This document shows, piece by piece, positions 26,478 to 39,399 of a DNA stretch of 64,000 nucleotides. A model generated the notes under the pieces. The model saw nothing but the letters and a program-made list of their open reading frames with translations, ran no database searches and was not told where the DNA came from. The DNA comes from Octopus vulgaris. Its lineage: Eukaryota. Positions within the stretch are counted from its first letter, which is position 1. Every line of letters starts with the position of its first letter. A program made the translations under genes and the position numbers. The stretch is taken from NCBI GenBank assembly GCA_951406725.2, contig OX597820.1:88350001-88414000 (forward strand). Direction: 5' to 3'.

Positions 26478-26712
26478 TCTCACTCTCTCACTCTCTCTCT
26501 CTCGTTCGCTCGCTCTATCACTATCTCTCTCTCACTCTCTCTCTCTCTCGTTCGCTCGCTCTATCACTATCTCTCTCTCACTCTCTCTCTCGTTCGCTCG
26601 CTCTATCACTATCTCTCTTTCACTCTCTCTCTCTCTCGTTCGCTCGCTCTATCACTATCTCTCTCTCACTCTCTCTCTCGTTCGCTCGCTCTATCACTAT
26701 CTCTCTCTCACT
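26478..26712. repeat. Pyrimidine-rich minisatellite, about 38-40 bp unit x5-6
   Basis: Repeated ctctcgttcgctcgctctatcactatctctctctcactct. Confidence 0.9.
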
Positions 26713-27489
26713 CGATCTCTCACACTATTCTTTATTACTCACTGTATCTATTCGCTCTTCTCTCTCTCTCTCTAGCGCATGTAGCTGTCTCTCTTCCTCT
26801 TTCAGTTCTTTTTTCTTCCTTTCCCTCCACTACTTTCATTTATTATCTATATCTGTTTGTCTAAACCCTCTGTCCCCTCAATCTCATTCGTTTCTGTCTT
26901 CATTTCACTAATCCTTTCTCCCTCCCATACACTATTTTCTCTTTCTTCTAATATCTGTTTGTCTACTTCTCACTCTTTCTCCCTCCTCTCACTTCCTATT
27001 ACTCCTTGTACCTATCCACTTTCTTCTACCTCTTACTTATCCTTCTTTCGCCCTCTCACTTCCCTTTTATCACTCCCTTACCTGGTATCTGTCTACATCT
27101 TCCCCACTATTTCACCTTGTCATGCCATTCTCTCTGTCTCTTTCCACCTTAGTTCAAGCTAGTTGTGCCATTATCCTGTTCTAAAGCAGAATTTGTCAGA
27201 CAGTGATCCAGCTATTACTCGCCACATTCGTCACCTTTTCTGCTGGTGAAACATTACTTTTACACGACGGGCACACAGCTTAAGAGTTGAGAGTAGTGAT
27301 GCACAATAATGTAGTATAAAAATATTACACCTAAATTTAATATTATTATCACCCCAGGGTAGACACATTTACTCAAAGAATCTTTAAAATAAAAGGAAAA
27401 GAGTTGTAGTTAAGAGAGGCAGTTGGAGAAAGAGAGAGAGAGAGCGTTTAATTGGATAATCTGTTCTCCGCCTTCTATTCGTATATGCC

Positions 27490-27830
27490 AGATTTGTTCT
27501 TTGTTGTGCCTGGAGGTCTACTGCAACAGGCTGCAATCTGAGAGCATTCCTAATTGTGTAAGTCATGGAATTATCAGTCTGTTGAAGAGTGACACAAACA
27601 AAGCAAATGTCGGCTGAATAAAGGGGTAATGGTTTGGACGAAGAGGGTAGTGTTTATTTTAGGCAGTGTTGCCAGACCTGTATGTCCGGCTCACGCGATA
27701 CATCACAAAGAAGTTTGGGTGCAAGGCTAGCTTTTTTTGGGAGGTGGACCACGGTTAAGTTAGAACAACCGACAGCGTTCGACCTTGTTGGCTACCACTA
27801 TCTGACAACTCTTCTAAGCGCAAGCAGTTA
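27490..27830 (+). pseudogene. L1/Tx1-like retrotransposon RT fragment, highly decayed
   Basis: EVYCNRLQSESIPNCVSHGIISLLKSDTNK and KLEQPTAFDLVGYHYLTTLLSA resemble IP..V.RG...LL.K and LDQ.KAFDRV.H.YL. Confidence 0.55.
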
Positions 27831-28559
27831 AGGTCTGGAACGCCACATTATATGACTGTCTTATTTAGTGAAACTCTTTCTCCCTATGCAATCACACGCT
27901 ACTTCTGAATCTTTTGGTTCTTGAGCTCTTTACTGTGAACTTTAGATATGCCGAGAAGCAACATGTTCTAAACAGGACCCAGGAAGTCGGTATTTGTATA
28001 CGGAAACATCATCATCGTAATAACATCGATCATACTGGAAATCTAGAAGATTTGCTCGAAAGGGGTATAACCCATGAAGTTTTTCAGTGCTTCCCACTTT
28101 GTGGAGACGAAGGGTAGACGATATCTACCGACTTGAAATCTGGCTCGATAGGGTGGAGAAAACTAAGGTACCGAAGGGAGGAAAGATGGTGTTAATCTCG
28201 GTCACGGATTCTGACTAGCATTCAAGATTAAGATTTGTCCCACCGACATACTTCCACATTATTTCCTTCTGTCAAATTTTACTCGCAAGGTTTTCCTCAA
28301 CTCGAAGTTTCCTCAAGAATTCGTACTGAAGGATTGAAATTGTAAGTATGTAACTGAGACACACAAACAAACCGACGTCGATGTAATTTGGAAAGCACTT
28401 TTATAGAGGTTTTAAAGATTGTTTTACCCAGATGCGTCTCTTTTGGATGTTATCTACATAAATTACCGTTTCCATTTATCGAACTCATTTCTTTGGAACG
28501 GATGTTAAACGATTACATCATGTCATATTTTCACGTTTTCTGCTGTTTTCTTTTCAGAA

Positions 28560-29480
28560 TCACCTTTCCAATTAAAGACAGTAGAATAAAATGCCGAAAT
28601 ATAGGAGTTGGGGAAACTAATTAGAAGTTCCTTTATATTGGTCTGTTTGGGTTTTGTAGTCATTGACAATGAAACAAAAAGGCTAGCACTGAGTGCTGGA
28701 CATAAAATGCAAAATTGCAAGAGCAAGAACTCCAATGTAAATATTGAAAGGTTGCGAAGAAGAACTATATAAAGGAATTACGCCTTTCACGTCTATGTGA
28801 ATTGACTGAACAATTTTGAGTACCAGCGAAGGACACCCAATCTTGACAAGAATTTTGAACGGCTGTCTCTTCACAAGATCGAAGGCAATGTAGAGTGATT
28901 ATTTTTGCTCTCTGCATCTTTCTTGTAACTGGAGTAAGGTAAAGGTCACATCATTAGTGGAGCGCTCTGATCTGAAGCAGCACTAAGACTCGAGGTATAC
29001 ACTTTCAGATATTTTCTGCAGGCTGTTTAGGGTCAGCCAAGCGAAAAGCTTCTCAAACAATGCTCAGTAAGGATGTTCTGTGGTTATTACATTCACTTGT
29101 ACATTTGGTCATGTACAGGGTAACAATGTTACTGTCTCTCATATTCTGTGATTCTGTTTCTTCTTTCCAGTACTGATACGCCAGTTTGCATAGATGACAC
29201 AAAAGAATGCACTTTGCACACTTGATGGCCTCTTGTGCAATGCCATCAGATTCCGGTACCATGTCCGTTGGAAGACAACCAATAGCTTTATTCAGTTCAT
29301 TAACGATCGCCAAAGTATCTAGTTCCTTCATCCCTGGCAGACACTCCACGGAGGTTAGCCTACTGTTCAAAACAGTATTTTCTGTGGAGTAGAGTTTAGG
29401 TAATGCCCTACCTGTCTTTCCATTCGCCTGATTTTATCTTTGAAGGTTTCGTCTGTGACGATTTTCAGTAATGCTGCCTT
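28560..29480 (-). pseudogene. RTE-clade LINE RT fragment
   Basis: ELNKAIGCLPTDMVPESDGIAQEAIK..QNMRDSNIVTLY..CNNHRTSLLSIV; ESVYPRVL/QCCFRSERSTND; KILVKIGCPS. Confidence 0.85.
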
Positions 29481-29674
29481 ACTTAAGATTAGATTAATGG
29501 CCCTTTTAATCACGCATAAATTCCACGGATGTCACCGGTGTCCAATGATAATTGAATACAACTTTGCGAAGCTGCAACCAGTAGTCATTTGCAAAGCGCT
29601 AGGATGTTTCCAGTTCTTAACATTTATGAGCGCGCATGTGTATGGATGTATGAATATATATATATATATGTACG

Positions 29675-29775
<101 letters not shown>

Positions 29776-30073
29776 GTGTGTGTGTGTGTGTGTGCGTGTG
29801 TGTGTGTGTGTGTAATTTTTAAACAAGAATGTTATTAACAGCACCTTCGAAGTTTTGGTCAGCTAAGTGGTCGTCAGAGTAAATAAACAACAGTTTTTCT
29901 GTAGAACTTTTTACTCGACAACACACGTGGGTGAGTGAGGGAGAATACGAGACCTCATTCGTATATTTTGAATTCGTTGGTACAGGTCATTGGATATAGT
30001 TTGTCTGATTGTTACTTGAATCGGATAGATATGTTCAATTTTTTCAGTGCTCTCAAATTTAAAATCCTGAAAT

Positions 30074-30159
30074 ACTGTGCTGAAGAACGAGAATGACTGG
30101 AATGGAAATGCAATTTTTGCATTTTTCATATCTATCTAACTCCGAAACGCGTCCACAGT
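30074..30159 (+). ncRNA. Type I hammerhead ribozyme motif with extended stem II
   Basis: actgtg-CTGAAGA-a-[stem II including aaatgcaa/ttgcattt]-GAAA-cgcg-TC^-cacagt: perfect 6-bp stem I, palindromic ACGCGT stem III, GUC triplet; the stem II closing pair is C-C (mismatch). Confidence 0.65.
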
Positions 30160-30481
30160 TAATCAAATACCGAGTGAATTTCGTTGTTTTTCCTCTTTGA
30201 CTACGTGAATTGTTTCTGAGTATATGCTATCTAGGAGAATTTCTTACGGTAGATAAATAGTTAGTTTCTTTGGCTGCTATTTCTAAATTTCGTTATGTGG
30301 TGAAGCAAATTTTTTTTTTTTGCTGAACCCTAATTATAATTATACTCATAATTATAAAAAAAAAAACATGGTTTAAGTTTACCGATAATGGTCCTTTTAA
30401 CATGCCGAATACTACTTGGTGGAATTACTAATTATTAATTAATTAATTAATTTCACCCTTTATTATTATTGATTATATATG

Positions 30482-30570
<89 letters not shown>

Positions 30571-30571
30571 C

Positions 30572-30789
30572 TTTTTTACTCTTTTATTGTTTCAGTCATT
30601 TGACTGCGGCCATGCTGGAGCACCGCATTTAGTCGAGCAAATCGACCCCAGGACTTATTGTTTGTAAGCCTAGTATTTATTCTATCGGTCTCTTTGGCCG
30701 AACCGCTAAGTTACGGGGACACAGACACACACACACACATACACACACATATATATATGTATGTATGTATGTATATATGTATGTGGGCG

Positions 30790-30828
<39 letters not shown>

Positions 30829-30947
30829 GCACACGGCGTCAAGAGTGGCTATGCTAGATATCTGAAATGTACTGACATGATAAACGCAACTAGGTTTGAT
30901 ACAAATACACATACATACATACATACATACATACATACATACATACA

Positions 30948-30978
<31 letters not shown>

Positions 30979-31151
30979 GTGTGTGTGTGGGGGGGGGGGT
31001 GTCCCCGTAACTTAGCGATTCGGCCAAAGAGACCGATAGAATAAGTACTAGGCTTACAAAGAATAAGTCCTGGGGTCGATTAGCTCGACTAAGTGCGGTG
31101 CTCCAGCATGGCCGCAGTCAAATGACTGAAACAATAAAAGAGTAAAAGAGT
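30572..31151. repeat. Inverted pair of SINE family C 3' halves (30572-30720 minus; 30999-31151 plus)
   Basis: About 150-bp arms with high identity, sharing non-consensus variants. Confidence 0.9.
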
Positions 31152-31581
31152 AATATATATATATATATAGTGATGCACATATGCCAGAGATTTATCATTA
31201 TATATATATATATATATACACACACACATTCATTCACATACGCATCCATACATTCGTATATATGTATCAGACGTATACACACACTATATATTAGTTTATC
31301 ACATGCAATATGCTTTCATTGTGGGTATGAGCCGCTGTGGGTATATGTGACGAACATATGAATGGACCAATAATAATAATAATACGAAGCAACAACGAAT
31401 GATAACTAAATAAGAAAAGACGTGAAAGAAAGGAAGTAATGATAGGGGGGGGGTCAATAAAATGAGAATAAGGTTAACAGTAAAAGAATGGAGTTAGGAA
31501 TACTGTGGCGGTGAATTGAGGTCAGTAATGCGAATTAATAAAATAATGCTCGCAGAATTTAACATGTATACACATGTGTGT

Positions 31582-31636
<55 letters not shown>

Positions 31637-31932
31637 TGTGAGTGTGTCTGTGTGTGTGAGTGTGCGCGTATGTCTGTGTAACTATGTATCTATTCATCTA
31701 TTTAACTATCTCTCCCTCTCACCTCCTTTTTCTCTGATACATGCATATACAAACACACACACACACAGACATATATATATACAGGGAGAGAGAGAGAGAG
31801 AGGGAGTGTGTGAGAGAGAGAGGGGTTGAAGAGAGAGAGATGCATAACGTACACAGATACATACATAATACATACAGACATTCATACATACATGCATAAT
31901 GCATACGTACATGCATACATGCATCCATCCAT

Positions 31933-31968
<36 letters not shown>

Positions 31969-31998
31969 ATCCATACACACACACACACATATATAAAA

Positions 31999-32057
<59 letters not shown>

Positions 32058-33077
32058 AAGAAAGAAAGAAGGACACAAAGAGAGACGGATTGTAAAACAG
32101 ACAGACAGACAGACAGATATACATGTACAGCACTTGCACGAGGAATGAAAGATGAAAACAAAAAGAAAATTTCGCTTGGATTCTTGGAAAGTAAGAGTAT
32201 ACGATGTGAAAAGTGGGTGAGATTTACAATGAAATATTGGCATGATTTTTCATAATTAGTGGAATTATGAAAGTATTTTAAGTACGGAGTTCTTCTCAGC
32301 TGTACTTAAATCGCATTTTTAATTTCCATTCTTATGTGTGCATTTCTCAAGAACCTTCCTATTGATGTTTTAAATCAGTTGCATGTTCTTTTGTGTACCA
32401 AATACAATAAATGATAATTGCGTTACGTACGTCTTTTTTCTCTGCCGCGAAGAATATCATATGACGTAATTTTAAAGCTACCTTTCGTCACATATTTTGT
32501 TTTGGTAGTTACGACTTTTGTTTGGTATATAACCATTCTTGTATTAGATGACTGATAGAGTGGATATGCAAGCCTCTGTGGCTTTGTTAGTAGATTCTTC
32601 ATTATATTAGTGTAGTTAAAACTCAGTTTTAAATTGTTCATACTAAATGATTTCCTCTATCTGTGCTTAATAGGGAATTATTTATCAGTTAACGTTAGGG
32701 CGTTTATAGCAGTAATGGATTTAATGTGTAACGAAAATGGAGAGTAAACCTGATGATATTTTACCGATTCTTCTTACTTTGGGATAGAGGAGTTAGGAAT
32801 ACAAACGATCCGCCTTTGATTCTTCTAATTTATTACAGAAATGGGTTGCATTATCAAAGATATCGATATTCGATGAAAAATTGGCACTCCTTATTAAGTT
32901 TTAAAAAATAGATGTGGTGGGAGTCAATATTTATATATGTAAGCTGTTCATGAAGATTTGTGCAAGTTTGTACTTATTATGAAGTTTATATCACAGAAAT
33001 TAACTATACCTAGCTTGGTCGTAGTAGTTAGTTTAAGGCCGAAATTATTAATGCTATTAACAAGGCCTTCTCTTATT

Positions 33078-33385
33078 GTGAAGACACGTGGCTTAATGGT
33101 TAGGACATTCGGCAGTGGATTTATTTCCCGGCGATGCGTTGTGTCCTTGAGTAAGACACTTTATTTCACTTTGCTCCAGCCAACCCAGCTGGCAAAAATG
33201 AGTTGTACCTGTATTTAAAAAGGGCTAGCCTTGTCACATTGTGTGTCACGCTGAATTTCCCAGTGAACTACATTAACGGTACGCGTGTCTGTGGAGTGCT
33301 CAGCCACTTGTACGTTAATTTCACGAGCAAGCTGTTCCGTTGATCGAACCAACTGGAATCCTCGTCGTGATTGACGGAGGGCCAG
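33078..33385 (+). mobile_element. CORE-type SINE (head B-like) with tail 1
   Basis: gttgtgtccttgagtaagacactttatttcac..aaatgagttgtacctgtatt..cacgagcaagctgttccgttgatc. Confidence 0.85.
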
Positions 33386-34019
33386 TTTTTTTAATTCTTT
33401 CTAAAGTATATCCTTTGGCAGATGAAATATAGCTAACTCATCATCTCTATATAAACCAAAGTCTATGCTATTTAATTTCTTACACTGTGCACCTAGAATA
33501 TATAGTTCTACAAAATCACACCTTAGCGGTAACGTGTAGCTCCATACTTCTTACAGCGAAGGAATCGTTGAATTCAGTTTTTCACTCAGACACATCTGTA
33601 TCTTTGTAACGAAGCAAAGATTTACGAGCATCAATTATGCTATCAATTTTATTATCAGCTATTCTAAATATCTTCGCGAACTCTAAGATATTGATGAGTA
33701 AAGATTTAGAGCACAGGAGATAAATTTCAAGAATAGGTAATTAGGTAATGTTGCAGTTATTTTTGATCACTAGTATTATTAAACCAACTAATAAATGTGT
33801 TCGAATCGTGCCACTGCTACAAGTTGGTTACCCTAGTAAGGTTTTATTTGCCCTGTTAATTAATCCGACTTTGCATTAGCAGGATTACTTAATGTACACA
33901 TGGTCTTCTAGTCTATTATCTAATTTTAATGTATAAGCTAAATTTTCGCCTTACTCTTACTACTGTGAGTTTGTTCAGAAGTCTTTTAGTTTAGGTGACA
34001 TTATTACTTAGCAGCTTGA

Positions 34020-34185
34020 AGCAGCGAGCCGACAAAATCATTAACACGCCGGATAAAATGCTTAGTAGCATTTCGCCTGTCTATACGTTCTGAATAGAAA
34101 TTCCGGTGAGATTGACCTTATCTTTCATCCTTTTTTATGAAATAAGTACCAGTTGAGCACTGGGGATGATTTAATCGACATATCC
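34020..34185 (+). mobile_element. SINE family A, diverged
   Basis: cacgccggataaaatgcttagtagcatttcg..ctttcatcc..aataagtaccagttgagcactgggg. Confidence 0.75.
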
Positions 34186-34666
34186 TCTATACTATAGGTT
34201 TTGAAAGGTTTATTATTTAGTAGTTCATTATAAGTAATACTTTCTGCTTTTAATATAGATTTTAACGTAGTCTTATCAGACGATATGAACACTTCGTTAT
34301 TTCTCCTCTCTCCATCTCTTGTTCCCCATCCAACTTTTTCACTTTTCATTCCTCTCTCTAGGAACCCAGTTAATATTTTCAAATTCTCTGACCATTAAAA
34401 GGAGATAGTTCTTATTTTAATGCTGCAAGCTGGTAACCTTTTTTCTCGTTCCAGCATATATATATACCACAGGACTTAATTATACTGAATATACCAACAT
34501 AAACTTCTGATAATTGTTATACCAATATAAACTTCTGATAATTGTTAAATTGACTCGATATGGAACTCATATACTAACAATTTTCTATAAACGATTGCAT
34601 GCTTGATCGCTAAATCCACAAGTTTTTTTTTATTATTCTTCCTCTGTATATTTTCTCTTATTATTT

Positions 34667-34717
<51 letters not shown>

Positions 34718-34859
34718 TCTTGACATATATTTGTAATACATGTTTGTATGTGTGTGTTTGCGCGAGCCTAGAAAATACACGCACACATATGTATATATAT
34801 ACACACACACACTTGACATATATTTGTAATACATGTTTGTATGTGTGTGTGTATGTGAC

Positions 34860-35060
34860 GGCTTGTGTATCGTTGGCGAATTTCTTTCTCCGTCTTCTCT
34901 TCTTTGGACTTTTTCTATATTTTTGATGAAGAGCACCGCTTGAAAAGTGAAATCCTCTTTCTTTTCTTTTCTTTCTCGAGCGTTCAATAACACTGTACTT
35001 ATTCCACGTCCTCGCGTTGTTTTTTCTTGCTTGGTCATGTTTGGATTGACTATATATATA
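34860..35060 (+). mobile_element. Family H3 short repeat with degenerate hammerhead motif
   Basis: attt-TTGATGA-a-gagcaccgctt-GAAA-agtg-aaat; homologous to 38010-38240. Confidence 0.6.
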
Positions 35061-35295
35061 TATTTAACAATTAAGGATAACTTCTTATTTATGATGTGTT
35101 CAGAATCAGTTCTACTGATGAGCATAGACGCATTTTTTATGCGGTAAGTGTGAAATCACAGGTGATATAGAACTAAATTCATTTTTTAAATGTCTTGCTT
35201 TGAAAAACTGCATTAGGTACGATTAGTGAAATTTTGGTAGTAATGGGTTATGTCTCTCTTAGTGTGAGGCATTTATGTGTAATAATGCCCTCTAT

Positions 35296-35337
<42 letters not shown>

Positions 35338-35340
<3 letters not shown>

Positions 35341-35750
35341 TTTTACTTGTTTCAGTCATTAGACTGCGGCCATACCGGGGCACCCCCTTAACATTCTTAG
35401 ACGAATGAATCGATACCACTACTTATTTTCTAAGCCTGGTACTAATTTTATTGGCTTCTTTTGCCTCCAGATTACGGGGTCATAAGCATACCAGCACCGG
35501 TTGTCAACCGGTGGGGTAAGGATAAACACATACACAAAGACATACATATAGATACACCCGTCCACACACGCTTAAATATATGCGAAGGGCTTCTTTCAAT
35601 TTCTCTCTACCAAGTCCATTCACAAGGTTTTGGTCGGCCCGAAGCTATAGTAGAAGACACTTGCCCAAGGTGTCACGCAGTGGGACTGAACCCTGAACTA
35701 TGTGATTGAGAGGCAAGCTTCTTACCATAAAGCCACGCCTTTGCCCATAC
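35338..35750 (-). mobile_element. SINE family C full copy
   Basis: cttttacttgtttcagtcattag..gaagacacttgcccaaggtg..gggactgaacc..ccacgcct. Confidence 0.85.
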
Positions 35751-36261
35751 ACACACACGCGCGCGTATGCATATTTGTGCGTATACAGCGAATACTCAAT
35801 TATACTTATAATATATTTCTATGGCTAATACAGTCATATACAGATGCGTGTGCGTGGTGCGTGCGTACGTGCGTGTGTATGTATATCAAGAAATATTTCA
35901 GTCAAATATTTATAAATAGACCTATGCGTTTGCGTGTAAAGTATGATTGGCAGCTATAACATTGCTACCGTTTTATCCCAGTCGACTAACATATGGTGTA
36001 AAGAACAAGGAACTGGCTTTATAGATATTTCTCTGATAATTGTTGAAGACAGGGCAATGTGTCAATAAAAACAGCTAGTTCTGTTCTCTAGCAATATTCA
36101 CAGACATCTGTGTAATTTATAGCTGTGCTTTGGGAAGTTTCTTTTAACAGCTCGCCTGTTAAACTTGCTTCATTCAGTATATTTGTACTCTTGTAATTTA
36201 ACGTTCCGCATTGTAAGGATCTGCCGTTACCGTCGTCGTCGTCGTCGCAGGAGTAGCCTAT

Positions 36262-36774
36262 TTCTTCTTCTTCTTCTTCTTCTTCTTCTTCTTCTTCTTC
36301 TTCTTCTTCTTCTTCTTCTTCTTCATCTTCTTCTTCATCTTCTTCTTCATCTTCTTCTTCTTCCTCCTCCCCTATTCTTCTTCATCACCTTCCTCCCCCC
36401 TTCTTCTTCTTCTTCATCTTCTTCACCTTCCTCCTCCTCTTCTTCTTCTTCCTCCTCCTCCACCTCCTCTTCCTCCTCCTCCTCCTCCACCTCCTCCTCC
36501 TCCTCCTCTTCTTCTTCCTCCTCCTCTTCTTCCACCTCCTCCTCCTCCTCCTCCTCCTCCTCCTCCTCCTCCTCTTCTTCCTCCTCCTCTTCTTCCACCT
36601 CCTCTTCCTCCTCCTCCTCCTCCACCTCATCCTCCTCCTCCTCCTCTTCTTCCACCTCCTCCTCCCCTCTTCTTCCTCCCCTCCCTCTCTTCTTCTTCTT
36701 CTTCTTTTTTCTTCTTGTCTGTCTGTCTGTCTCTCTCTGTCTCTCTGTCTCTCTGTCTCTCTGTCTCTCTCTGT

Positions 36775-36829
<55 letters not shown>

Positions 36830-36840
36830 CTCTCTTTCCC
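36262..36840. repeat. About 580-bp polypyrimidine tract: (CTT)n, (CCT)n, (CTGT/CT)n
   Basis: Seen directly. Confidence 0.95.
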
Positions 36841-36844
36841 TGAA

Positions 36845-37982
36845 TATATGTAGAACCTCACAGTATGAGTGCCCCATTGTACGAGTAATTTGCTGTACGA
36901 GCCGAGACCCGTGCGAATTTTTGTTTTGAAGTACGAGCGAAAATCTACAATACGAGCGAGTTTCCTACAAGCGACCGCTAGTCGGCGCTGAGCTTGCGTA
37001 CGCTCTCCCAATAGGTGCGGTCTCTGCTGGCTCAGTTCACGTGTTTATCTCGTTGTGGTACCATCCCTGTTGTGTCTTTTCCCAGTGATTTTGCTTAGTT
37101 TTGTGCATTTTTTGCTATCATTTTATACTAATTAGTTGTGCTGTGGAGGCGCAATGGCCCAGTGGTTAGGACAGCGGACTCGCGGTCATAGGATCGCGGT
37201 TTCGATTCCCAGACCGGGCGTTGTGAGTGTTTATTGAGCGAAAACACCTAAAGCTCCACGAGGCTCCGGCAGGGGATGGTGGTGATCCCTGCTGTACTCT
37301 TTCACCACAACTTTCTCTCACTCTTACTTCCTGTTTCTGTTGTACCTGTATTTCAAAGGGCCGGCCTTGTCACTCTCTGTGTCACGCTGAATATCCCCGA
37401 GAACTACGTCAAGGGTACACGTGTCTGTGGAGTGCTCAGCCACTTACACGTTAATTTCAAGAGCAGGCTGTTCCGTTGATTCGGATCAACCGGAACCCTC
37501 GTCGTCGTAACCGACGGAGTGCTTTCAATTAGTTGTGCTAGCCATGGGTCCTAAGAAGGTTAGTGCAAACGATAGTGCTGAGAAGAAGAAAAAGCTGATT
37601 GCGATAGAATTGAAGAAGGAAATCATTGATAAACATGAGAGAGGAGTGCGCGTAGTGGACATAGCACGTCAATACAACCGAAGCACGTCGACGATTTGCA
37701 TCATCCCGAAGAAAAAGGACAAGATCAAGGACGTTACAACACATCCCAGGCTCTCTATGCAACGCACGTCTGTCCATGAAAACATGGAAATTTTGCTTCT
37801 CCTGTAGATCAACGAGAACCAACTCGCAGAGGATATGATTACGGAGACCAGCATTTGTGAGAAAGTACGAGCGCTCTATGGGGGATCTCTTGAAGCAGAA
37901 CCCTGGAACATCGACGGAGGAGACATTAGCAGACACATTTAAGGCCAGTCACAGCTGGTCTGGTAACTTCAAGAAGAGAACT
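36845..37982 (+). pseudogene. Tigger/pogo DNA transposon 5' part (CENP-B-type HTH), interrupted by a SINE
   Basis: ATG at 37544: MGPKKVSANDSAEKKKKLIAIELKKEIIDKHERGVRVVDIARQYNRSTSTIC..; then ICEKVRALYGDL..FKASHSWSGNFKKR. Confidence 0.88.
37143..37526 (+). mobile_element. SINE head D with tail 1, young copy with perfect 13-bp TSD
   Basis: TSD aattagttgtgct at 37130-37142 and 37527-37539. Confidence 0.95.
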
Positions 37983-38009
37983 ATGTATATATATATATAT
38001 ATATATATG

Positions 38010-38221
38010 TGATCTCTTGAGCACCACCAGCTCAAGTATTTTTTCCTCTGTCTTCCCTTCTTGGGATCTTTCCTTCTCCTTGTTTCCGACGAAGAGCTCC
38101 GCTCGAAACGTTAAACCCTCCTTCCCTTCTTTCCTGAGCGTCAATAATACTTTAATTGTTCCACGTCCTGCGTTGCTGTGTTTTTTTCTTTTTTCTGTGC
38201 TTTCTTGTTTGGATTAACTTT

Positions 38222-38240
<19 letters not shown>
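38010..38240 (+). mobile_element. Family H3 repeat with hammerhead motif at 38082-38116
   Basis: gttt-CCGACGA-a-gagc(tcc)gctc-GAAA-cg-TT^-aaac. Confidence 0.7.
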
Positions 38241-38253
<13 letters not shown>

Positions 38254-38498
38254 TTTTGTATTATTTATTTCAGTCATTATACTGCGGCCATGTTGGGGCA
38301 CTGCCTTGAAGAACTTTTTTACTCGAATGAGCCGGCTTATTTTTGTTAAGCCTGATATTTATTCTTTCGATCTCGTTTGCCGAACCGCTAGGTTACGGGG
38401 ACGTAAACACACCAATGCTGGTTGTCAAGCAATATTGGGGGACAAGCATAGACATAAAGACACACGCACACACATACATACATACATACATACATACA

Positions 38499-38590
<92 letters not shown>

Positions 38591-38804
38591 CATGCGGTTC
38601 GACAAAAGTTAACTACTGGGGTCAGTTGTTCGACTAAACCCTACAAGGCAGTTCCCCAAAATGGCAGCAAGTCAATGACTGAAGCAAGTAAAGATAAATA
38701 ATAAAAGATCACGAAAGATATGTAACTTGCTTCTGTATAGTACAGCATGGAAGTGTGTTTGCTGGACCGTTGTAAATACAGAACATTTAGAAGAAACCAT
38801 TTAG

Positions 38805-38995
38805 TCGCCATGATTGATCGCTAAATTCACAAGTTTTTTTTCTCTCTCTGTTTATTCCTCGTGTTTCTTTCCGTTGAAAAGTGTTGGCTCGAAGCATAAA
38901 AATACTTTCTCACTTTCCCGAGCGTCAAACTAATACACCTGCTTGTTGTTTATACACCTGTCTTCGTCTTTTGTTTTTCTGTAAATTTCAGCTAT
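38805..38995 (+). mobile_element. Family H2 repeat, degenerate
   Basis: catgattgatcgctaaattcacaag..tttCCGTTGAAaagtgttggctcgaagc..cctgcttgttgtttatacacctgtcttcgtc. Confidence 0.65.
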
Positions 38996-39027
38996 TTAGA
39001 AGAAACATACGATCTGATATTCTAGAG

Positions 39028-39318
39028 CAGGGGTTCTCAACCATTTGTTATCTATGGACCTTTTAATAACTATTTTATTCTGGTAGAACCCCATAGAATT
39101 TTGAGGGCTCCTGAAAAACATTTGCTTTAGATGTATGTATTGGTGTATATTGCAAGAAAAAGCAAGGTTTCTTTCTCTAACATTTTACATAGTTCAACCT
39201 ATACAAGCCAATGTTTAAATAACAAAATAGGAATTTTGGAAGTCGTTCCTATAAAACTAGTTTTAAAACATCAAATGACTAGTGGGGTCTGTCAGTAAAA
39301 ATTGGTTGAGAACCTCTG
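39028..39318. mobile_element. hAT-type MITE
   Basis: TIRs caggggttctcaacc / ggttgagaacctctg; TSD not preserved. Confidence 0.7.
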
Positions 39319-39399
39319 TACTGAACATTTTAAGTTGGTTCCCCAGTATGTCAGCATTCCAATGACTGAGGCAAGTACAAGCCATGTTATGTAGAGAGT

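Noticed and set aside
26478-26712. Regularly spaced ~25-bp repeats resembling a CRISPR array
   Set aside because: The spacers are just variable CT tracts, there are no cas genes, and the context is eukaryotic; this is a minisatellite.
34490-34546. Short tandem duplications (28 bp x2; similar ones at 34.7-34.85, 61.92-61.97 and 63.57-63.62 kb)
   Set aside because: Ordinary slippage duplications with no further structure.
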